Origin: Felis catus
Taxonomy: Eukaryota
Length of the DNA stretch: 64,000 nt
Assembly (NCBI RefSeq): GCF_018350175.1
Contig: NC_058368.1
Location: 184,514,001 to 184,578,000, forward strand
Reading direction: 5' to 3'
The notes under the pieces are model-generated. The model was not told the origin of the DNA. It did no database searches and worked only from the letters and a program-made list of their open reading frames with translations. Positions 47,903 to 61,519 of this stretch are shown in pieces (the first letter of the stretch is position 1; every line of letters starts with the position of its first letter). The position numbers and the translations under genes are program-made.

Positions 47903-47908
47903 TTTATA
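47903..47908 (-). promoter_or_regulatory. Candidate TATA box
   Basis: CCTATAAAC ~80 nt upstream of the putative ATG; AT-rich background makes chance plausible. Confidence 0.25.
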
Positions 47909-48054
47909 GGAAATCTAAATTCATATGGTGATTTTACATTTTACATAATTTATCTTCCTCAAATATTGTATCACCAGCTACTCAACTAACTAATCCCACA
48001 AAACAACACAGGATAAGCCAAGGCATTATTTCTTTTAAAAACCAGACAAATCCT

Positions 48055-48246
48055 GGGGCGCCCAGGTGGCCCAGTCAGTTAAGCATCTGACTCTTGATTT
48101 CATTCAGGTCATGATCTCAGGGTTCTTGAGGTTGAGCCCTGAGTCAGACTCCAAACTGACACCAGAGAGCCTGCTTGGAATTCTCTTTCCCTCTTTCTCT
48201 CTCTTCCCCTCCCCTCTCTCTCAAAATAAATAAACTTAAAAAAAAA
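48055..48246 (+). mobile_element. Can-SINE
   Basis: GGGGCGCCCAGGTGG head, GGTCATGATCTC, A tail; flanks AGACAAAT. Confidence 0.92.
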
Positions 48247-48259
48247 TAGACAAATAGTG

Positions 48260-49030
48260 TAATTGTTAAGAACTTGGACTGGTCTCAAAGCCAAAATCCT
48301 CTCATTACTACCTGTAAGACCTTGTGCATGTTCCCTAATCTCTGAGTCTCAATTTCCTCATCTTAAAGTGAGAACAATATCATCTAGCTATGGAAAAAGT
48401 GGATTTTTTTCATGGTCCTCATATGAACTGAATATCAGAACTACCCAAATAAAAGACCATTAAACCAGAGTCGAGGTAGATTTCAAGGCAATGGATTTAT
48501 GTAGTTGAAGAAAACCAAAGAAAGCTGTAAATCTACTTTCTGCTTCCAGATAAGAATACAGGTTTACTATTATTAAGTTTGGTTTCAGAATCATGAGTGT
48601 CCCATTATTGTAAATATTCCCTTAAAAGGTAATATAGATATTGTTTGTGCAACTTTCTGAATAGTGACACAAAATTGACTGTGGCATAGCAAAGATGATA
48701 CTCTCCGGTCTAGCAAAATCCTTCTTGTCAGTACATCTGGGTGATCTCTGAGTAAAAGCTATGCAAAGATGTGCTGAAACTGGTCCTGCGGTCTCTCAGC
48801 ATGCACCTCACTTACACAAAGACTTTGCATCCTTGACTCATTAACTCAGGATCACAATCTAACCTACAGAGAATGTTTGTGTAAGTGCCAGATCTTCCCA
48901 GGATCCATAACCTCATAGGCTGTTGTGCACACATAACTATATAATGCATTTAAAATGCTCAGCAGGATGCCTGTTACAGAGCATCCCTAAATAAACACTA
49001 GTTAAGACTATGATGAAGGTGGTAACAATG
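48260..49030 (+). mobile_element. MIR split by an ~510-bp LTR-like insert (48391-48905)
   Basis: TTTCCTCATCT core on the left, ACCTCATAGGCTGTTGTG continuation on the right. Confidence 0.5.
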
Positions 49031-49141
49031 ATTAAATGAACAGATGCATAGGTGATGCATTCTATTCTGGCAGATGACCAGTAAGACAGGGGCGATGCTT
49101 CTTTTACTCCTCAGAAAGGTAGGGAAAGAATAAGGATTTTA

Positions 49142-49389
49142 TTTTATTTTACTTTATTTTACTTCATTATATTTTTAAATTTGTTTTAATGTGTATTTAT
49201 TTTTGAGACAGAGACAGAGCAAGAGCAGGGGAGAGGCAGAGAGAGAGGGAGACACAGAATCTGAAACAGGCTCCAGGCTCTGAGCTGTCAGCACAGAACC
49301 CAATGTGGGGGGGTTCAAACCCAGAAAAAGTGAGATCATGACCTGAGCCGAAGGCAGACACTTAACAGACTGAGCCACCCAGATGCCCC
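49142..49389 (-). mobile_element. Can-SINE (Fc type)
   Basis: Canonical body; TSD AGGATTTTA. Confidence 0.95.
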
Positions 49390-51726
49390 AGGATTTTAAT
49401 TAATCTAACCTTCCTTCTCATTTTAAAGAATTTCAAAGATAATTAAAGGCAATATGGTGATCTAGAGAGTGTATCATTGAACACTTTTTCCTCTGCCTTT
49501 AAACTAAAAACTGAGTGATGGATATTAAGCTAAGCTGGACTCTGATATTCCAAAAGTGGTAATTTTTGTGATTCAGAGCAAGTCTGTGTTCAATATTTAA
49601 TATAACAGTGGTTCACTCATTTAGTAGACAGCCCTACAAGATCATGCAGAAGATACAGATCCAAAATCTAAAGGCCCCTCAGAGTGAAAGTAATACATAG
49701 GGATGAGTTACTGCAGGACTCTGCCTCTGTCTCCTCTTACACTAAGGTTCTGCTGTTACCAGCTCTGTGGTCTCAAGGAAAATACTTAATCTCTCTCTGT
49801 CTCATTACACTCGTGAAATGAGGAAAGTAGAGGCTACCTCATAAATTGTGTGGGATTATGATTATCATTTCATCATCATAAGCATTATCAAAATGTCTTA
49901 ATTTAAAATGATGTAAGGAAAGGAAGTCAAGATTATTCAGAAGCCCTGACATTCTATCTTCCTATCTTTATCTGTAAAATAGCCCTCAAGTCTTCCTATA
50001 CTTTAGATACATCAAAATATTAATTTTCTACTTAATTACACCCTAATTCATTCATTCTCAAACATTAGTTAAGCACCTACTACCTTTCAGAACTCTGAAA
50101 TACAACAATGAAACAACATGGACTCTGTTCTCAGGGAATTTACAATCTGATAAAAAGCCACTATTATACCATTAGTGGCTTTGCTGCACTAATCTAAACA
50201 TAATTTTTTACTACCATCCTGAATGGATTAAGGAAACAGCTTCCAATACACTGAAAAATCTGGATCTGCCCTCCTTCTCTTGTTACAATTTTTTTAACCT
50301 TGAATACAGTGTTTAAAACACTGGGTCTTTAAAATTAGTTGTATAAATGGTAAATTCCATTATGGAAAGCATGGTGTCTTTTTTATATAGGGTCTATGTC
50401 TGTTTATCCAACAGCACTACCAAGCTATAACTATCACCAGACATTATATATAAATATACATGCGCATAATAATAATACCCATATTTTTCTTTGGAATTTT
50501 CTATTTTCAAAATACTTCCTCACACATCTCTTCTTTTAACCTCGCAGTAACTTCTAAAATGTGTAACTATGAAAGAAAAGAAGACCTCTTTAATGAGTTG
50601 CCAAAAGACAGAGCTGTGAGTCTAGAACAAAAGACTTCCCACTCTAGTTCCAGGGATTTTTCTACCATGATCCCAAGACCTTCTAAGATATATCCTACAA
50701 TTTGTCAATTTTCAGATGGGCTTTGAAGAAACAAGCAGGTTGGAAGTTAGAAATGAGAAAGATTAGGAGAAGGAAAGATTTACTACTTTCTTAAAAAGGA
50801 TAAAAAGCTATTCTTAGCAAATGACAAGTCTAAATTCAAAAGACAACTCCAAATCTATAACCTGTGGTACTATTTCCCTACTAAAATATAACTAAGGTCA
50901 AAACATTTTCACCTGTGGGAGATGCCAACATTTTTTACTTTGTATCCATAGCACTAAGGTTCATAGCTATGTTCATCTCCCAAGAATAAACCATATGATA
51001 TTGGTTACGGTACTAATAAAAGATATGGTTGGTATCCTTACATATGCATGTATATACCCATATATGTGTACATGTGTGTATAACCTTGTCACTTTGCAGA
51101 AGTACTAGACAAGCTTCTAATTCATAAAGCTCTCTCACAAATATTCTACACTTGCAACATTGCGATTCTCACTGACAAAAAGGGCAACTTAGCCTGGAAC
51201 TTATGAACTATCATCTTAGATCCAGTAAATTCTTTCTGTCATCTAATCTTTTACTTTTGAAAAATTAGATGCAATCTAAACAGTTATTTTTCAACATGTA
51301 TGCTTGAACATTCTGGTCAATGCTGGTACTAGAAATGTATGCTTACAGTGGCATTTGGGTTATAATTGTCTAAAACAGACTATGTTGAAATCATCATGCC
51401 CCTACATTCTCGAAGACTAACAGACATAAGACTTTCCTGATATCTATCAACATCTGTTCTTTTACCTAGCCACTACCTCCATGGTCATTTGGACAAGCTC
51501 ACATATTGAAGCAAGAACTTTCCACTGATGGTGAGCTTATCACTTTCTTCTAAACTTCAGGATTGACAGAGTCAATAGTATTTTCTCTGTGTAAAAAAAA
51601 AAAAAAATTAATGCCTACACAGCTGCCAGGTTGGGGGATAGGGAGGAAGAGACAAGAAGATAAATTTTAAAGCAAGAAGATACTCCTATCTGTTGGAAAT
51701 TTGCTAGGCTTAAAATGTAGCCCCTA

Positions 51727-51796
51727 TACCTGTTGGGATGAGCACTGGGTGATGTATGGAAACCAATCTGACAATACATTTCATATTAAAAATAAG

Positions 51797-51833
<37 letters not shown>
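51727..51833 (+). mobile_element. Severely 5'-truncated feliform L1 (~60 bp + TAAA tail)
   Basis: Matches 46991-47047; perfect 15-bp TSD AAAATGTAGCCCCTA. Confidence 0.92.
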
Positions 51834-51835
<2 letters not shown>

Positions 51836-52309
51836 AATGTAGCCCCTACACACTAAACGTTGCCATTTATTCTAACGCCACAACTTTGGACACACACTTT
51901 CTAAAATAATCTTAGTCTCCAGGCATTTTTTCCAAGTTCTCTCAAGTTTTAATTATCTATTCACATAGGTCTAAAGCAAGTGTAGAACCAAATTTATTGC
52001 AGTGTGGACAAGGATCTAGACATAAAATATCAACCCTGTCAGCTAACTGGCAGTTCTCTTTGTTTGTATACTCCTGCAATTACTTCCAGGTCATTAGGCC
52101 CATCGTGAGTAGATATTTTACTGTCATTAAGAAAAGTAGTGTAATGACATTCAGTGATTATGAAATTATAGCAATAAAAGAGGGGAGAAGTGAGGCCAAC
52201 AAGTTATAATCATTGAATTTTAGCTAAATTTTGAAAAATTGGGGCAAAAATTTTTAAGAAATAAATATTAAGAAGAAAGCCAACATTTCCTTACTTTAAT
52301 TATCAGATT

Positions 52310-54320
52310 TGTCTTATTCAACAAAAGTATACTGAGGGCCTCTAGTGAGCCAGACACTGTAGCAGGTGCTAAAGGATAGCGCTTTGGATAAAATGAACAA
52401 GATCCTCAGTTCACAGAATTTATTTCTAAGTGAGATGAAACAGACAGGTGAACACACATACCAGAAGCTATTTGATAGTTGTAAGTGCTATGAAGAAATA
52501 AAACTAGGTGATACAATAGACGTAATATAGAAGTTCTTCCTGAGGTCTCACACTAAAACTTAGACCTAAATGACAAAAAGAACTCAGTAATTTGGAAATC
52601 AAGCAAAATTTGGGACATCTGGAACAAAGGCTATGAGACCAGAATAAATTTAGCAAGTTTTAGGAATAGCAACAACAAAAGGTCAATGTGGTTAGAAAAT
52701 ATTGACCAACAGGAAGGGACTGGAGAAAGAGTCAGAGACTAGATTGTATAACACCTGATAGACCCACATACTGTAATAAATACTTATTGAAAACCTAGTG
52801 TGTGCCAGGCACTATTCTTTATTCTTAACTCTGGGATTATATGAGTAAACAAAAAGGGCAAATTCCTTGACCATAGGAAGCTTACTTTCTAGTTGTAAGA
52901 GACAGATGTTAAAGTTTAAAAATATAAATGCTATGGAGAAAAATAGAATGGGATAAAGAAAATAAGTTGTATGTGGTGGGGGGGAGGCATGCTATATTAT
53001 ATAGAGTAGTGTGGTAGATGAAGGATGACTGAAAGTTCTTTGCTACTCCTTATACTTTAATGTTGAATCTGATTCCCTTACCTCTGAACCTGAGTCAGCT
53101 TAGATCACTTACTTCACCAGCAGGATACAGAGAAAGTGGTTTTCTTATGTGGCTAGAACATAATAATCCTCGTAGCTACTGTCTCTTGGAACATTCTCTC
53201 TGGGAACCCTGAAAGCACCATGCTGGAGATATCAAGTGTTAAGTTCCTGGTTGTCGTATGCAGCATATCAAATGGCTCTCAATGAGCACAACTTCCTAAT
53301 ATTCATATCCTTGTGTATTCCCCTTCCCTTGAGTCTGAATCGGACCTAGTGACTCACTTCAGAGGGAATACCATAAACATGTTGGAATGTCACTCTCAAC
53401 TATGTCTTCTTTCTGGCTTGATCTCTCTGCTCTCTCTTCCTCCAGATCACTACAGGGAACTCAAATTGCTATGCTATCATCAATCAGTGAAGGGGCCCAT
53501 GGAGAATGTCTGTGACCAACTACCAAAAGGACTTAAGACATGCTAACAGCTGCATGAATTTTAAAGCTGTTCCTCCCCAGCTGACTCTTGAGACAAAACT
53601 CCAGAAAACACCGTGACTGCAAATTTGTAAGAAACCCTGAGACAGAGAACTCAACTAAGTTCCACCTGAATTTTTAACCCACTTAAACTGTGAATTAATA
53701 TTCATTATTTTAAGCCACCTTGTTTTCGGATAGTTTGTTACACAGCAACAGCTAACATACTAGAAGACAATCTTAGTTGATGCCAGCCTTCGGTTCATCC
53801 CTGCCAAAGTGCCAGACACATGAATGAAGTCTCCCTGTGAGTGCATACTCCAACAAAACACCACTAGATGATCTCCGTCAATGACAATTACAATAGAAAA
53901 TTCCTTCAGCCTGGCCCTGCCCAAATTCCTGACCCACAAAATTATAAGCTAATTAAAATGGTGATTGTTTTAAGCCACTATGTTTTGGGGTAGTTTAATA
54001 TGCAACAATAGAGAACTGGAATAAGTGGTCAGGAGTACCTCTTTGATATAGTGACATCCGAAGAAATATCTGAAAGAAACAAGGGAGTGAGAAATGCCAG
54101 CATCAGCCAAAGGGAATAACTATGAAAAGACCTACATGATGGCATACTAGACACATTCAAAGAACATCAATTGGCCCTCTGGCTAAAGTGGAGTAAGTAA
54201 AGAATAGAGGAGATGAGGTGGTAGGAGATGAGCTCAGAGAAGAAGCAGGTTGGCAGATCATGAAGGTCATTTAAAGGATTGGCACTTACTGTGAGTGAAT
54301 TGTGGAGTTTTGAGCACTAG
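52310..54320 (-). mobile_element. L2 fragments (two copies), the second split by MLT1 LTRs
   Basis: ATTCAACAAAAGTATACTGAG..GCCAGACACTG and TGTGCCAGGCACTATTC tail motifs. Confidence 0.7.
53010..54022 (+). mobile_element. MLT1G-like LTR containing a nested MLT1E/F-like LTR (53252-53761)
   Basis: Two TTTTAAGCCAC...GCAAC 3' ends; inner start with CCCTTGAGTCTG...GACCTAGTGACTCACTTC. Confidence 0.75.
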
Positions 54321-57300
54321 CTCAAAGTTTTCAGAAGAATATTCCATCATGAGATTCTGTCTCTTAGTCCTTCTCCCTTCACTTATAATAGCCATGTCCA
54401 AATGGTGAGAGCCACAGCCTACATCAGACACCCTTCATAGTATCAAGCACCCAAAAACAACCAGTCATTTTCAAACTTGTCCTCAGAGAATGGCTTATGG
54501 ACTCCGGAGTCTGTGTGTGGCCTGTGCCTTCACTTCCTCCCATCCTTCTTCTTTGCCTGGTCAGATACAGCACCGGTGCTTTCATTTTTGAAGTGTTTAC
54601 ATTAACTTGAAGTTGTTAACCTAGTTGTGTTGCAGAACGTTTCAGACAGTGCCAGAGGCTATAAATAAATAACAGTTATTTCAGGTCTGCCTGGCAAACA
54701 AGCGCCTGGATTTTGCTAAGACCCCAGAGACTATGACTGCTGCAGTGCTGAATACCTCAAACAGGGCTAAAAGCAGGTATTCTCAAGGAATACTAAGCAG
54801 ACATACTCCAGGTGACACAGTTATGTCGCCCAGCCACATACATCTTCTGATTGCCACCGAAACCAATAAATAGACCTCTCTGTCATATGCACTTGGAATA
54901 AACTGCAGCAAAACAGAGCCCAATTATTTCATATTACCAACCAGATTTCTAATCTCTCCTCAAACTTCAGCAACTGACAAATGACCAAAATAAAGTCTTC
55001 CAATTATTTTTTTTTAATTTATGCTGTCATCTAGAGCAGTGGGCCCCAAATTTTTCAGTAAGGAAGACCTATTTTTTAACACCTCATTAATTACCAATAT
55101 CTAGCTATATGCACTTGGACCAGGTAATTCATCTCCCAATGCCTTGGTTTCTATACTTGTAAAATGGAAATGAAACTACCTATATAATGCTTAGGAAAAT
55201 ACCTGACTTGTTTTTAACAGTCAACAAATATTAGTTCATTATCATTTACAAATAGTACTGACTAACCCACATAGTAGTTATAATCAGGTTTTCCAAGAAA
55301 AACTGTCTTGACCATGTTACCATAAATTCAATAGCACTTATAAGCGAATTTGTAATTCATTATCCATTGAAGAATCACATACACTTAAAATACAGTACAT
55401 ATTTGAAAAAGACACAGTGATGACTGAGTTAGTTAAGCCTCAAGAATATGCAATCATCATAGAGTCTAGGAATCTCTGGCCCAGGGAACAGAGCACTTTT
55501 ACTTCCATCCACTTTATCATTTATAGTGCTAGCATTATATAATGAAAATTATTGTTCAGAACTGTGATACCGTGCCCCAGAAACAGTAGCAGTTACCAAA
55601 GAACATAATTTTAAAAATATAGTCATGCGTTTTAAGAGAAAGGGGCAGGTAATTTGAATTTGAACTCTCAAGCAACAAAATTGAAAAACAAAAACATCCT
55701 TCTGATTTATTTTGAATTATGTAGAAAATTCAACTAATCAGAATTCCTCTTTCTTTGGTAATTTAGCTAGTTAAAATTTTATAACAATGCCAATTCACTG
55801 CACTACCTCAGTATGCAAACTAGCAACCCACTGATTGGTCTATATAATTTTTATTGTATGCAACTCCAATTTCTGTCAAAAGATCACCTAATATATAGAC
55901 TACAAGACATGGAAAATGGCTAAGGGTGGTTTATTTTCTCCTCTTACAGATTTCTGATCTCCTTATAACTAAAAAAACTACTCATGGAAAAATAACATCT
56001 CTCTAACTGTGAGTTTTTACATTAATTTCAAATAAAAGTAAAAGTCCTATTTTCTGATTTACTAAACATTTACTATGTTCCCATATGGAAGGGAAAGAAG
56101 AGGAGACAGAGGGCAGAAAATGCCACCTAACCATACTCACAAGTTTAGCAGTAAAATTACATAATATACTGTAAATCCAAATCATGACAAAGTTTTAGTT
56201 ACTAAACAATAATTGCCTGTATCTATTTTAACTTGATTAACATGGTTTGGACTTTACATAGTAAGAGTGAGAAATATTCTCCAACAAACTACAACAAAAC
56301 AAGTTTGTAAAGGAGTAAAATACAGTATTTCAGAGTAAAGGAAAAGAGAATAAACTAATATGGTTTGAGTGTGGGAAGTATTCATGGTATTATTAATGAA
56401 TCTACCCATCTTTAATAATTTTTCCTTCATAACCATTTTCACATTTGCCTTTGTTAGAAACATAAAGAGATTCCTTATAGATAAGCCAAAGTGCAAAATT
56501 AAATGCTATCGTGACATCTAATCACTAAGACTAATTCTGTCTTATGAACAAGAGAACATATTCTTGCTAATCTTTAGTACTGAACCTGGATCAAAAGGTT
56601 GACTATTTTTCTTCCTCAAATTAGCTGCTCACACCCGGTTAAAGCCCCTGTCTATTCTCATGCGTGTATTAGAATTCTAGTTGTATTTGTAGGCTGCTAT
56701 TTGCAGGCTGACAATGACTAGGGATGCCTCACCTAGGTATTTCCTCCCAGAAACTCTTGACAGTATGAGTTAAGTATCTCTCATCTCACCTCCCATTGAA
56801 GTACAAACTTCCAAAATTATATACAAACTTGTGAGGGAAGTTTTCTTCCCTCACAAATATGTGTTTCTAGCCTAATGCACGTTCCAAACAACTGGCTGCC
56901 ATGGTGACAAGGTACCTTGTAGAGAGTGTCTCAGAGTGAGTAAAAATCATTAAAAATGAGTAATTAGCCATCAGACAGGAAGTTGCCATTTTCATGTCCA
57001 GGTGAGAACCAGAATTCTCCTTGCAGGCTTCATATACACACACATAAAATGGAAGAGAGGTGACAGTTGAACACAACGTTTTCCTTTAACCTTTCTCCCT
57101 GATCAAAACGCTATTTCAAAAGCATACTGTAGACTACAAAACTTGCTTGATCCTTTTAGTTTCCTGAGTACCAATTACTGCTGCCTTTCTAGAATATCCA
57201 TCCAGTATCTGTCCTTTCATGGGTCAGTTGTTTGTGATGTATATGAAGAATGTAGTCATTGGCACTTTAGCCATAATTAGATTCTGCTACTTCTCTCACC

Positions 57301-58205
57301 AAATCAAAACTCATGATTGTATTTCCAGAGAAATGTTTCTAAGCACAAGGTCATAAAGACACTACCAATTTCAGTTTAACCTGTCTCTTCAACTGACTAC
57401 TTAAACTGACAACTCTAATTGTCCACTAGTGGACACATTTATGCATTAAAATGTCTGGTTACATTGTCCTAAACCAAAGGATAATCTGACTTCAATAATC
57501 AGGTCTGAATTTAGAGGCTAATTGCACATCATCCTTTAACCTTTAAAATGAGTTGCCCTTATAATTTAGCAGAATCTTCTGCACATTTGCCTAAAACTAA
57601 GGATTCTAAAGGGATGAAAATGAGATTACGCTCTTTGACTAAAAAGTGACAAAGCAATGACACCCCAAGTCTTCAATTTCAAAAGGGTTATGAAATCTAT
57701 GTTCATATTGCATACTTGCTTGACTTCTAATTCGTTCATTGCCCATTGCTTTCATTTGCATGAGGAAAGGAGGGAAAGGTCAATATGTTCCTTTTAAAGT
57801 GTCTAAACTTCAATTGAAGAATGCACTACTTAATGGATGGTATCTCTTTTACTCTCTCCTTCCCTCTCTACCTCTACCTCTTTCCCAAAGTCACAACCTC
57901 ATGATGTAGATTAGTGTTTGATTCCAGAAAAATCTGAGTCTTGATCCTAACTCTACCCTAAGAAGACAAATAACACAGAGAAAAGTCCATCTTTTTTTTT
58001 CCACTCCAGTTTGTTCTGGGAGTGTAGATCATTTTAAAACTTACTCAGTTACTAGCAGTATCTTGCATATGTTTAACAGACAGTCACTGGATAATTGCTT
58101 GTTTGCATATCACTAGGTACATTTATAAAAAGCCAAACAGAAATGAAGAAAATTATACATGTTTATTAGGGACAGTAGTCTCCATCTTTAAAGAGATTAT
58201 AACCA

Positions 58206-58428
58206 GGGTTCCTGGGTGGCTTAGTTGGTTGAGCATCTGACTTTGGCTCAGGTCATGATCTCGTGGTCTGTGAGTTCGAGCCCCGCATCAGGCTCTGTGC
58301 TCACAGCTCAGAGCCTGGAGCCTGTTTTGGATTCTGTGTCTCCCTCTCTCTCTGCCCCTCCCCCACTCATGCTCTGCTTCTCTCTGTCAAAAATAAACAA
58401 ACATCAAAAAAAATTTTAATAAAAAAAT
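58206..58428 (+). mobile_element. Can-SINE (Fc type)
   Basis: 16-bp TSD AAAGAGATTA(T/C)AACCA. Confidence 0.95.
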
Positions 58429-58834
58429 AAAGAGATTACAACCATATACCTACCCAGCTTAAGGAAACAATAAATATGTGTCCTCCATAGGTCATTATCA
58501 GTTGTTATTAGGTGTTTAGATGTCCCCATTACTCATCTATGCCGCTATACCAAAGAAATAATAACTCACATGCTTTTCTTCTGATTCCTGTACTAAATCT
58601 AAATTATAGATTCTATCATTTATTCTGATTCCACAAGCAACACGCTTTCAATTAGGTAATACTAGTGAAAAAATAATTATAAGTACAGTACAAATATGTC
58701 TACTTATGCCTATTTGATTAGACCAGTGAACTGACTGTGCTTTTTTAAATTTGTGATATTTATGCCTATTTGAATTGTATGAAGGGAATCCCCATTCTCT
58801 AATTAGAAGTGCTTTCTCAAATGTTTAGGAAAAC

Positions 58835-59006
58835 TGAGGGGGATATATGCTGCTGTTCAATAGGTATAAAGTTTCAGTCATGTAAGATGAAAAAGTAATA
58901 CAGATATATTGTACACATTTATACTTATAGTTAACAATATTATACTGTACACTCAAATTTTTAAGAAGGTAGATCTCATATTGTGTTTTTCACTACAATT
59001 AAAAAA
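58835..59006 (+). mobile_element. L1MA-like 3' end
   Basis: GGTATAAAGTTTCAGT...ATAGTTAACAATAT...GGTAGATCTCAT. Confidence 0.75.
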
Positions 59007-59727
59007 CTCAAAGTCTAGAAAAATCTTTACTTCATGGATGATGAAGAAACCATTGGGATTGAAAAAACATTTGAATAATCAACTATTTACCACTAATAGA
59101 TTCAAAAATAATCTGCTGACTTCCATTAGGGAAAATGCTATTATTTTTGGTGTCCCACGGTGAGCAGACTGACTAGGTCTGTTTGTTTGACATGCAGTTT
59201 CCAGTACTTCCACAGATTCTAATACAGTAGGTCAGTTTTATCATTTCCAAATTTGTATTTTTAACAGAAGTGGTGTTTCTTTAAGTATTCATAGGCAGAG
59301 GTCTACAGATCACACTTTAAGAAGCCTGGGGTGGCATGCCCCCTTTTCCCAAAATGCTGAAGATGATTTGGTCATTCATTTATAATGCCTTTTCTGGTTT
59401 CTGTTGAAACATGCAATTCAAAAACACTGGCAAAAGTCTAAAATACTGTGTATTAAGGGTTCATTCCGGAAATAAAATCCATGACGCTGGCACTATTAAT
59501 GCCAACAAATGGTTGCCATCATAATAGGAACTATAGTCAAACACCTCATATAGAAAGTAAATTTCATTAAAAACGACTAACACACCATGAATAAGAAATT
59601 TACTAAAATAGCTGTAATTCATGGTCAAGTTAGCCTAAATAAAGGAAGAAACAGAGAGGGAAAAAAAGTGGTCTGGAATGTCAAATATCAGAGCCTGTAT
59701 TTTTTTTAAAGCTCCTTAAAAATACAT

Positions 59728-59962
59728 GGGGTGCCTGGGTGGCTCAGTCTGTTAAGCGTCTGACCTCAGCTCAGGTCATGATCTCAAGGATTGTGAGTTC
59801 CAGCCCTGCATCAGACTCTATGCTGACAGCTAAGAGCCTGGAGCCTGCTTTGGACTCTGTGTCTCCCTCTCTCTCTGCCCCTCCCCTGTTTGTGCTCTCT
59901 CCCTCTCTCTCTCTCTATCTCTCAATAAATAAATAAACAAACAAACAAACAAACAAACAAAC
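59728..59962 (+). mobile_element. Can-SINE (Fc type) with (CAAA)n tail
   Basis: Canonical head and body. Confidence 0.95.
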
Positions 59963-61519
59963 ATACATTACAATAAAAATACAGTGAGACATCTGAATGT
60001 TGATGCCACAATGTTAGCCACTCATTTGGCTCCTTTCAGTGTAGCACCACTAACTTCGATTAGAATATTAAAATTCCATGAGTTATTGTAATTTTAAAAA
60101 ACATTAAAGGCAGACTTATGATAACAAAGACATGGATAAAATAAACCATTAGTCCACAAGACATCTCAAGATTACAATTCTCTTCCTTTTTCTTTTATTA
60201 GAATGAAAACCTTTTTCCACTCAAAAATCTTTAAACTGCCTTCATGACATCTTGGTATTCTTGGAATATCTTTCTTTTCTATATAAGGTCCAATGGTTAT
60301 AAATCGAAACCATCAAATAGGATCATACTCCCAGACAATAATTTCCTGGATAACTAACCTTGTATATTTTAAGATGTCTTAGAATATGTAAAAATCTTCT
60401 TTCCCTAATCAGACCTGCTTCAGCAGAAGTCTAGGAAAGTCTTTCATACCATGGGTGATTAAGAAACCGTTGGAATGTGAAGGGAGGATTTAAATAACAC
60501 AATCTCTCTAATGCGGGAAAGTTGTCAAATCATTCACAGATCGCTTGCATTTGTATTCTTTTTTCTTTGCACGTGTAAGCTTCAACAACATTCACAAGAC
60601 CAAGTTATCAATTAAAAAAATCAGTCTCAAGCAAAATTTAAATCTAGACATTGATGGATACACTAGACTGATTAATTCAGATCTCTCAGCCATTAAAAAA
60701 GTTTGTTGTAGTTTTTTACTTGTCAAAAATACAAAATGCCATCCAAAGAGAAGTTGCATATCATATATATTGTAAATGAGTCCAAATCCCATATCCCATC
60801 TTTGCAATCCAAAGAAATGATTTCACACTAAAGGAAACAATTTGAATTTTAAAAATTTGTTTCCATTAATGTAGCAGTCACTGATGAGGTGAACATGAAT
60901 CTTAGACCACATGTTACACAATAGAGACATGAAGATAAACCAGTGCACCCTGAAGAAGTCTGCATTCCAGCAGGCCTGACCATCCCAGTGCTAGTTTCAG
61001 CCCAAATGACAAGACTCACAATCCAGGTATTCAAAAATTATGTGGGAACATAGCTAAATTTAAGAGTGGCTCTCTGTTTAGAGCAGTCACTATTTAGTGA
61101 CACAATTATTTCACAAATCCCACTCTGCCCCACAAGCAAGAGTAGATCTTGGGCAAATAAAATAGAACAAAATACAGAGGGGCATTTGTGAGAGAGAAAC
61201 AATACATGTCTAATGCATGAACTGCTTCACAGGGTTGAAAGATGGAGTAAATGGTGGGCAATGGCAGGAGAGAAGAATGGAAAAATCTTTCCAATCAAAT
61301 GGGTTTAAAACAAGTTTGTCTCTCCTTGCAATTCACCAGCTTTCTCCGAAGGCCATCCATACTCCTTTCCAACTGTTCCATGTTATAATACACATGCACA
61401 AATGAAAATAGGTGTATGGCACACTGAAGTAAAAGTCCCTTCCAGGACTGAAGGGAGCAAAACTTCAGCACACCTGAAACATTTTCATCACACTGATGAG
61501 AAGTTCCAAATCAGAGAAG

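Noticed and set aside
60849..61034. Possible exon-like ORFs on both strands
   Set aside because: No motif or neighbouring exons that I can support.
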